A stretch of 64,000 nucleotides of DNA from a virus. The notes below the pieces were generated by a model. That model saw only the letters and a list, made by a program, of their open reading frames with translations. It did no database searches and was not told the DNA's origin. The DNA lies in IMG/VR virus record IMGVR_UViG_3300037484_000104, positions 1-64,000 of that record; one strand, 5' to 3'. The translations under genes and the position numbers were made by a program. Below are positions 57,030 to 64,000 of the stretch, piece after piece (the stretch's first letter is position 1; each line of letters starts with the position of its first letter).

Positions 57030-57700
57030 AAAAATATCTCCGTATTTCACAACATTAGAGATAGATCTTTGAGTTTATTCAAATTAAATATTCGCTTATA
57101 TTACTACACGTATCAATAGTGTAGTCGCACAATTAGATAAATTAGAAGATAAAGGATCCAAACCTATTACAACTCTTTAATAGTATCTCTATTACATCTA
57201 TACGACAAATACTTTCATATTTGAAGGCTAATACTAACCGAGTCTACTCAATTTGTTAGTTTTATTTAGCTGCCAATACAAATATTACATATGTTGAAGA
57301 TATTGATAGATATCTCAATTCATATTTGTATTATATTATCACCGACTATTTACTAGGTAGGTGTAAGTATCAACAGGGTTTTTGTTTATTAGACACGGTC
57401 ATATCATATTATAGATATTTAATCACCCCGAACGTTTACCTTAGTTTTGTTACAATATGTTTAAATAAAGTTATTCTAATAAAGCGTATACAGCCCCTCT
57501 ATTAGAATGAGATTATAATCAACGTTTCTAAAATGTTGATACTCAGATATCATCTAGCGTTTTTGCCCACGATAGAGACGTTTTTATTATATAGTACCAT
57601 ATATTATCTATATGGGATACCCTATTCTGCGCTTATCTAAAATAGGAGTACCAATTGTTTCATTCATACTTTTATTGACAGTCTCTGTATCAACTATCTA
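57030..57700 (-). ncRNA. Candidate structured ncRNA, ~0.67 kb
   Basis: ORF-free with many hairpins; ends in a GUGA-capped hairpin plus U-tract. Confidence 0.45.
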
Positions 57701-57703
57701 TTA

Positions 57704-58396
57704 CTAATATGAAATCCCTAATTTCTTATGAAGTTGTTTAACGATCTGGTTACATTGAATGATCCATAAAATAACTGTTTCATATTCGAATGTCATGGGA
57801 GCAATACGAAATTCAATACTATCCATATTATATCTAATATTTATCCAACTACTTTTGTTTTCAAATCTAACTTCTTTGCGATTGTAACAACCTGTATATT
57901 TACCAAATATATCTTCTAGTGTATCTAATTTAGATGTTAGAAAATCTTCAATTTTTTGTTGATTGTTACCTGATCTTATAAAATTATGATTTGTTATTTT
58001 ATGAGCATCAATATGAAGGTGTATTCCAGATCCAGGATTTAATGTACAATATTTCTTCATATCTTGAAGTATTTTGTATAATCCTGCTGCTTGGGAATAA
58101 TTACGAATAGATATACGATGTTCACAGATATCTTTTGATTTTAATCTGAGTCTATCATCACTATATTCTAATATATCGTATTTCTTTGGCATTGTTGTAT
58201 ATCTTCTTGGTGTGTTAAGATTTAACACTCTTGTTAGAGAAGTGATACATTCGATTTCAACTGAAGATCTGAATGGTATCATATTGTAGAGAATACCTTT
58301 AGTTATTTTAGGATTAAATGATTTATCCTTTAGTAACTTTGAGATTAACAAGGGGTGTCTTAGTAGACACTCCCTAGTATACTGTGATTTATTCAT
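57704..58396 (-). CDS. Putative amidoligase (COOH-NH2 ligase type 2)
   Basis: SVEIE, GSGIHLHID and SIEFR motifs. Confidence 0.7.
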   Translation of the reverse strand: MNKSQYTRECLLRHPLLISKLLKDKSFNPKITKGILYNMIPFRSSVEIECITSLTRVLNLNTPRRYTTMPKKYDILEYSDDRLRLKSKDICEHRISIRNYSQAAGLYKILQDMKKYCTLNPGSGIHLHIDAHKITNHNFIRSGNNQQKIEDFLTSKLDTLEDIFGKYTGCYNRKEVRFENKSSWINIRYNMDSIEFRIAPMTFEYETVILWIIQCNQIVKQLHKKLGISY

Positions 58397-58407
58397 AACA
58401 ATAAATG

Positions 58408-58566
58408 TTAGTATTCTCCTTTTCGGTTTGTTTTTGCTGTTTTCGGAGGTTTTGTCGTAGTTTCAATTTTTGCGATCATTTGATCTTTTGTCATAGACAT
58501 TTTAAGATCAAGACGTGGATTGTCAGCAATAAGTTGAAGTTTTGTGAAATTAGCTAGATTTGACAT
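58408..58566 (-). CDS. 52-aa Rho-N/HeH-like microprotein (not in the ORF track)
   Basis: MSNLANFTKLQLIADNPRLDLKMSMTKDQMIAKI plus a basic tail. Confidence 0.55.
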   Translation of the reverse strand: MSNLANFTKLQLIADNPRLDLKMSMTKDQMIAKIETTTKPPKTAKTNRKGEY

Positions 58567-58760
58567 GTCATTATATTTTTGATTTGAACGGTATTCTAGC
58601 GGATTTCACGCTCATAGACCTTAGCATCAAAATGATAAGACTAGGAATTATCCCATCATAGTTGTTACCAGTTAGACTGATAGTATGATTGAATAACTCC
58701 TAGAATGTGAGGGTAGCATACCTCACTCCAGACTCACAGTCTGATGATATAAATTTAACG

Positions 58761-59321
58761 TTATTCCGTTTTGTCTTCGATTGGCAAGTCATTTGCGTTA
58801 CCTTTTGGTGTTTTAATAAATGCGGCATCAGGTATGCGATTTAATTCACGGTTTATATATACATCTGCATCACCATTTAGTGGTACAAATACGCGGATAA
58901 CTGTACGAACCATAAGTTCACCTTTTCTTTTTCCTTGGGTAATTTTTAATGGTTTATCGTTTTCATCAAAAATATGATGGGCAGGAACTTCACGTTCTGC
59001 AATATTTCCGATTAAACCAAATGCTCCTGGATCAATTTTTAAGCCGGTTTGTAATTTTTCGAACGATCCTTGTTCAATTGCATCAGTTAATGCGTCGAAC
59101 ATTATTTTGTCAATAGAACTGTTGATTATTTTTGAGTAAGCTCTATCTTGTAAGATTGTATTAACACGACCAAATACTGTTCCAAGTGCTAACCATTCTA
59201 CTACAAAGTAGTTGGCTTTACCGTCTTTTGTTGTATAAGGTTTTGTTAAATCGGGTTCTTTTGTTTCGTCGTTTTTAGATTTTACAATCTTTAAACCATA
59301 TTCTACATCGTTTTTTAACAT
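58761..59321 (-). CDS. Hypothetical early protein
   Basis: 186-aa ORF. Confidence 0.65.
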   Translation of the reverse strand: MLKNDVEYGLKIVKSKNDETKEPDLTKPYTTKDGKANYFVVEWLALGTVFGRVNTILQDRAYSKIINSSIDKIMFDALTDAIEQGSFEKLQTGLKIDPGAFGLIGNIAEREVPAHHIFDENDKPLKITQGKRKGELMVRTVIRVFVPLNGDADVYINRELNRIPDAAFIKTPKGNANDLPIEDKTE

Positions 59322-59337
59322 TGTTGTTCAGATTAAG

Positions 59338-59538
59338 TTAATGTTTATGTTTATTTGTTGGTTCTGCTGTTATTGCAGACCATGTCATCAGTCCGAGCAT
59401 TACAAGCACTACTAGTAGAAGACATAGTATGTGTTTGGATTGAGGATGTTCGCTAGTGATGATATTGTAGAACACCAGACATGAAAATGCTGATATTACA
59501 ACTAGAATGATGTAATTTTGTAGTTTGTGTAATTTCAT
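59338..59538 (-). CDS. Small two-TM membrane protein
   Basis: Two hydrophobic segments. Confidence 0.55.
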   Translation of the reverse strand: MKLHKLQNYIILVVISAFSCLVFYNIITSEHPQSKHILCLLLVVLVMLGLMTWSAITAEPTNKHKH

Positions 59539-59650
59539 ATATGTAATGTTTTGATTAGTTACTATGAAATAAAAGAGAGCTTAGATGTGCTAAATCGCCG
59601 GTAAGCGTAGCGTATATACACCAATCCTTCTAAGCTGTCTAACCTGTGTT

Positions 59651-59908
59651 TTAATTAGGTATTGTCACAATGTGTGATTCATACCAAATAAGTTCTTCAT
59701 CTAATGTAATACACCAATCTGATGCACTGCATTTATCTGCTTCAGCAATTGTTGCTTCCAGATAATTAAAGAGTTTGTCAAATAATTCATATCCATATAA
59801 TGTATGGAATGTTAGAACACTTGGTGTTGAGTTTTGACCAAATGCAATACATTGTAAATGAAAAGACTTTAATGGAATGTAATTGAGAATAGTAATTTGA
59901 TATTTCAT
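59651..59908 (-). CDS. Hypothetical protein
   Basis: 85-aa ORF. Confidence 0.55.
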   Translation of the reverse strand: MKYQITILNYIPLKSFHLQCIAFGQNSTPSVLTFHTLYGYELFDKLFNYLEATIAEADKCSASDWCITLDEELIWYESHIVTIPN

Positions 59909-59945
59909 GATTCTTTAGTTATGATTAATAAATCCTCCATTCATT

Positions 59946-60140
59946 CTAATCCAAAGGAAACGATATTTTATAAGGTCTTTGATAAGGTCTTACATATATA
60001 CCATTTATTACAGTTTGAGGAGCAATAACTACACATGTTATATAATGGTAATCATACATTGTATGTTCACTACTTTTAATTACATGCTCTTCTATTGTTT
60101 TTCTGATGATTCTGAAACCTCGAATGTTTTGATTATCCAT
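59946..60140 (-). CDS. Hypothetical protein
   Basis: 64-aa ORF. Confidence 0.5.
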   Translation of the reverse strand: MDNQNIRGFRIIRKTIEEHVIKSSEHTMYDYHYITCVVIAPQTVINGIYVRPYQRPYKISFPLD

Positions 60141-60816
60141 TGTTTATATTATTAGGTTAGACTTACCCATCTACAATTTACAGAGGCTTTGGACTCTCAA
60201 GTTATTACACTTCGCTGTATTAGTAATTGGATTTCGGTATTTGAGAATAACCTACTTTCCTAGTTGTGTCCGCACTTCCTCCTATTCGCAACATGCAAGG
60301 ACTTATCAGTTTATTGTGTTCTCTTATCACTCAACTGGCAGAAAGACATAAATTGGTTTCATATGATAGTCTTAATTTATTACACACAAATCACTAGTGT
60401 GGACACAAGAACCTTTCTAGTAAAGGAAATTGATGTATCAGCACCAATATTACCAAGGGTTATAACTAGAATGATAGAACACAGAGCTTCCTAATGTGAG
60501 GGAAGCTATATAAGTATGGTAATAATGAGAAAATAGAGGATATTATGACATAGATAATTGACCGACAGTCAGTATCACACAACTACACTCTCATGTAATC
60601 GCTACACATTCATAATAATCCTCTAAATCATCAATTACTAACCTATTTAACTACAATTCGAGGCAATGTCCCAGGGGGACGGCGCAGTGAGGGGGTTTAT
60701 CAACCCTATTAAATGTTAATACTAATCTCTTAATGAGATTAATGCACAATTGTTCCCTAATCGGTCACAATTCTATGTAGCAATGTCATGAAGACTAAAA
60801 CAAAAGGGATGCACTG

Positions 60817-61026
60817 TTATAGTGCAAACCCCAATCTGTAACGTTCGTGACCGTCATGAGTACCTGTATGCTCATAAGTTATCTCTTGCCCCTTCAATGA
60901 CAACATAGTAGCCAATGGCATATCAGCACTAGTGCCAATAATACCAGTAACACCATTAGATAACGATATGATACAGAAACCTTTAACATAACGGAAACCA
61001 TTAATAACAGCTTTGCCTGCGTTAGC
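60817..61026 (-). CDS. Small OB-fold-like early protein
   Basis: Likely start MAKTNSPANAGK; first gene of the leftward unit. Confidence 0.5.
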   Translation of the reverse strand, partial: ANAGKAVINGFRYVKGFCIISLSNGVTGIIGTSADMPLATMLSLKGQEITYEHTGTHDGHERYRLGFAL

Positions 61027-61268
61027 AGGAGAATTAGTTTTAGCCATTACGAAATATTTTAGGTTAGACAATGTGACAGGGGACTTCCCTCTCGCTTGCG
61101 TATGGGGGGTGATCGACTACGGTAAGTTAAACCCTCAAATATACCCAATAATTTGTAAATTTTATAAAAAATTTTATTAGAAAAATTAGTATAATTTTGT
61201 TAAAATTCTTAGTGATTTTTGTAACCCTATTAATTACCTTCCGTATAACGACTTATAAAACGTATCAT

Positions 61269-61490
61269 ATGGATAGAATTAAGTTTAACAAATTATGTGA
61301 TAGAGTTCAAGAATTAAACGATCTTAGAGATAGTGATACAATTAGACCTAATAGTAAGGTTTGTATCTGTATGATTATAGATAGATGTATGTGTGAGATT
61401 ACTGAGGAATTAGTTGCTTCAGGATATACATTAAATAAGAAGAAATTAGACACCCTAGAATTAGGACCATCCGATATCGCATGTCAATGA
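61269..61490 (+). CDS. Hypothetical protein
   Basis: Likely ATG MDRIKFNK; first rightward gene. Confidence 0.5.
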   Translation: MDRIKFNKLCDRVQELNDLRDSDTIRPNSKVCICMIIDRCMCEITEELVASGYTLNKKKLDTLELGPSDIACQ

Positions 61491-61499
61491 TAGAGCGGA

Positions 61500-61702
61500 T
61501 TAGAAGTTGGGTTATAGGAATGATAAAATAGTCATTCTATGTTGTCCCCAATAGTGTCGATAATAAAGTTAGTATAAAGATCTGGCCCTCCACCAGTAAG
61601 GTAAATGTAGCTAAGAGAGGGGTAGGACTAGTCGAAAGATGATTTACGACAGATACGAAATCTAACTTTAAACTTCTAAGTGCTTACTGACAGGTAGGGC
61701 AT
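61500..61702 (+). ncRNA. Candidate ~200-nt multibranch structured RNA
   Basis: Nested TTAGAAGTT/AACTTCTAA and TAAAGTTAG/CTAACTTTA stems, CCCTC/GAGGG helix, GAAA tetraloop, 3' hairpin. Confidence 0.55.
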
Positions 61703-61823
61703 TATAGGGGAAGATTACACAAACTAATTAAATAATTACAAACCTAATTACTGAATAATATTTTGTGACATGAAGTGGAACTTATCCGAAGGATAAACGT
61801 ATAAGATCTAAACATTAAGATAT

Positions 61824-62027
61824 ATGTTAAATAAATTACGATATTGGATTATATCCAAACTACTGACATACGATGAAAGGTATTTATTATACGATGCTCT
61901 AGAAACTAGAATTATATTTTTAGTGTCTGAGAGAGTTAAAAATAAATCATTGGATTATCAAAATACTGGTGACGATATAGGTAGTCTATACAAATTAAGA
62001 AGAAATTTAATGCTATGGGGAAATTAG
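61824..62027 (+). CDS. Hypothetical protein
   Basis: 67-aa ORF. Confidence 0.5.
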   Translation: MLNKLRYWIISKLLTYDERYLLYDALETRIIFLVSERVKNKSLDYQNTGDDIGSLYKLRRNLMLWGN

Positions 62028-62572
62028 TTAATATAGAGGGAATAGAGTTAGAACAATGTGTTCTAGATAATGATGAATTAGATGGTCCAATTGTTAGAGA
62101 GGTACTCGGTATGTACGAAGATAATTCAGAGTATATCCTATCAGATCCTTTAGAAGATGATATGGATTATATTACAACTACCCCAGAAGATGTACAGTTT
62201 ATCAATGAGTATATAGAATCTGAGTTAGATAAACAACCTGATAATGTAGAGGAAGATATACATATACAGGATTTATTAGAACAAGAATCTGAAGTATTTC
62301 CGAGTTGTGTGGGATTTATACAGTGGGTGCAACACAGTGAATTTGCAGATGCTATTCCTCAATATGAGGATTATGTAAGAGAATATAAGAAAGAACTTAG
62401 AGAATGGTACTTTAATAAACACCCCCAATATGCTAGAAATAGTAATGGTGATGTTGCTTTTTATAATGGTCAACCGGTAACTAACAATGACTTAGAATTG
62501 GGAGATAAGGTAATGGATATGTATAGTAATTCTATAGACAATGACAAAGATTACGAAAGTGATAATAACTAG
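62015..62572 (+). CDS. Acidic hypothetical protein
   Basis: 185 aa, very D/E-rich. Confidence 0.6.
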   Translation: MGKLVNIEGIELEQCVLDNDELDGPIVREVLGMYEDNSEYILSDPLEDDMDYITTTPEDVQFINEYIESELDKQPDNVEEDIHIQDLLEQESEVFPSCVGFIQWVQHSEFADAIPQYEDYVREYKKELREWYFNKHPQYARNSNGDVAFYNGQPVTNNDLELGDKVMDMYSNSIDNDKDYESDNN

Positions 62573-62664
62573 AAGTGTTGTTAAAAATCAACAACCTCAA
62601 CCAATAGTGTTTACAATTAATAATATAGATCCTTCTATATCAGAAGGTATAATAGTGATAAGAG

Positions 62665-63141
62665 ATGCTAGAAAGTAATTACTATACTCCATTAATCGAG
62701 GAGTTCTACGTTGGATTTGAGCATGAAGAATATGTGTCTCAAGTTATTTCACCACAGGATAGAGTTATAATAAATGGAGAGATTTATATAGGTCCTGAAA
62801 AACTACAATCAAAGTGGGTAAAATCAGTACTTTCAGATTATCATTTTGATATGGAGAATATATTAGATATATACAATTCTAAAAAAGAAAGCGATAAATT
62901 AAGAGTTAAATATTTAGATAAGTCTGATATAGAAAGTTTAGGGTTTACTCTAATAGAAGGTTCTCAATCTGAGTATATAAATAGTCATGGTGATAAGATA
63001 TGGTTTGGAAAGAAAGATGATTCTGGATTACTATGGATAACAAAGATTATAAATAAAGTAGAAGTGAAAGTTGCTCAATGGCATGTTATAAAGAATATCA
63101 ACGAATTACGTAAACTACTTAAACAATTAGGAATAGAATGA
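62665..63141 (+). CDS. Hypothetical Bacteroidota-phage protein
   Basis: YYTP.IEEFYVGFE, RVKYLDKSDIESLG and IKNINELRKLLKQLGI. Confidence 0.7.
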   Translation: MLESNYYTPLIEEFYVGFEHEEYVSQVISPQDRVIINGEIYIGPEKLQSKWVKSVLSDYHFDMENILDIYNSKKESDKLRVKYLDKSDIESLGFTLIEGSQSEYINSHGDKIWFGKKDDSGLLWITKIINKVEVKVAQWHVIKNINELRKLLKQLGIE

Positions 63142-63476
63142 TAGATAAGCATAAAATAACAGTAGTGTATCCAGACCTATACTTTGTAGTTATATACAAG
63201 TGGAATTACATGAAAGATTGTGGTGATCTGACTAATGTTGATTTTGAGGTATATGAAATATTAGAGATGACTGAATCTGAAGAAAGTGTAGTTTGTGAAA
63301 AAGAAGCAATGTGTGTGGGATTTATTAAATGGGACGGATGTTGTGATTTTCATATAGAAAGAACTCATTTTTGTGGATACTATAGATTCAATCAATTAAA
63401 TAAAGTATTCGCTGAGATATACTATAAAGTTGAAGAGATTTGTAAAGTAGATGATTTAATAACTAAAGGAGCATGA
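63138..63476 (+). CDS. Hypothetical phage protein
   Basis: GFIKWDGC...HFCG motif. Confidence 0.65.
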   Translation: MIDKHKITVVYPDLYFVVIYKWNYMKDCGDLTNVDFEVYEILEMTESEESVVCEKEAMCVGFIKWDGCCDFHIERTHFCGYYRFNQLNKVFAEIYYKVEEICKVDDLITKGA

Positions 63477-63781
63477 GTTTAATAACATTTCCAATTGAGT
63501 CATACCCAGTCTTATACAAGATGTACTGGAGTGATGACTTAGAAGAAGATAAGCGTATAGAGAATAACAAGGATAAGTTGTCAATATATGGACAGATATA
63601 CAATACTTACTATAATCAAACATTCGATGGTAACAGTTTATATACAGTTACGTATACTGGAAGAACTAGTGGTTGGCAGATTATCTTTAAGATATTATAC
63701 TTGACTAATGATGGTAGTGTAGACTACCTATGGGAGTACTTTGATAACTGGGTTAAGATATTGAATTTAAATAGATATTAA
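63473..63781 (+). CDS. Hypothetical protein
   Basis: 102 aa, ATGA-coupled. Confidence 0.55.
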   Translation: MSLITFPIESYPVLYKMYWSDDLEEDKRIENNKDKLSIYGQIYNTYYNQTFDGNSLYTVTYTGRTSGWQIIFKILYLTNDGSVDYLWEYFDNWVKILNLNRY

Positions 63782-63782
63782 G

Positions 63783-64000
63783 ATGAGTGATATAAGAACA
63801 TATAAAATGCCCGGTAGTTACAAGGGTATAAGTGATTTAAGTTCCATCTATGCTTTTCATGGTAACTCGCAAGGATATGATTCATGCTCTAATGATGTAA
63901 ATGATTTTATTGGATCACAAGGATGGATGTCAGTATCTCATGGATTTAAAGATATTGATTATCTAAATCAAGATGAGGTTAATAAGAGGTCATTAGAGAT
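63783..64000 (+). CDS. Hypothetical protein, 3'-truncated by the window edge
   Basis: MSDIRTYKMPGSYKG... open to the end of the window. Confidence 0.5.
   Translation, partial: MSDIRTYKMPGSYKGISDLSSIYAFHGNSQGYDSCSNDVNDFIGSQGWMSVSHGFKDIDYLNQDEVNKRSLE

Noticed and set aside
47280-57152. 11-nt complementarity (TTAGAAGATAA) between the two large non-coding regions
   Set aside because: Short and AT-rich; I cannot distinguish it from chance without statistics.
21566-58977. Short plus-strand ORFs (e.g. 51574-52032, 53710-54150) and nested alternate-frame ORFs
   Set aside because: They are antisense to or nested within well-supported genes and carry no motifs.
60264-60494. 76-aa + strand ORF
   Set aside because: TTG start, atypical composition, opposite to its neighbours, and inside a structured non-coding zone.
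61192-61199. Bacteroidota sigma-A -7 element (TAATTTTG)
   Set aside because: No properly spaced -33 TTTG, and the match is likely by chance in an AT-rich tract.
1-64000. Stop-codon reassignment (TAG or TGA), known in some crAss-like phages
   Set aside because: Code 11 yields uninterrupted giant ORFs and tight gene packing, TAG and TGA end real genes, and I saw no suppressor tRNA.

Overview
This is an AT-rich segment of a crAss-like (Crassvirales-type) dsDNA phage genome, probably infecting Bacteroidota. The standard genetic code gives long ORFs. Bases 1-21153 (+) hold the late virion module: a 5'-truncated tail stabilization/muzzle protein, capsid cargo proteins and a 4007-aa virion RNA polymerase (DFDID motif) with a zincin motif and a C-terminal macrodomain-like fusion. 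After a convergent terminator, 21.2-61.0 kb (-) holds the replication and metabolism genes: AAA ATPase, RecE-like nuclease, endonuclease, primase, Sak4-like ATPase, DnaB, a family B DNA polymerase split by a 342-nt group I intron, ThyX, Ung, a metallophosphoesterase and a lytic transglycosylase. An accessory/early region follows, with a degenerate acyl-CoA ligase, an EF-Ts N-domain fusion, ribosomal protein bL12, SPFH and an amidoligase. The strand switches back to + at about 61.1 kb. The most striking unexplained signal is the RNA layer. There are four tRNA-like elements with no usable anticodon, two of them covarying 50-nt mini-tRNAs flanking the SPFH cassette next to bL12. There are also ORF-free hairpin-dense regions of about 1.2 kb and 0.7 kb that share a motif, and several multibranch RNAs closed by long stems. 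All structures were derived by eye and protein calls rest on recalled motifs; no searches were run.
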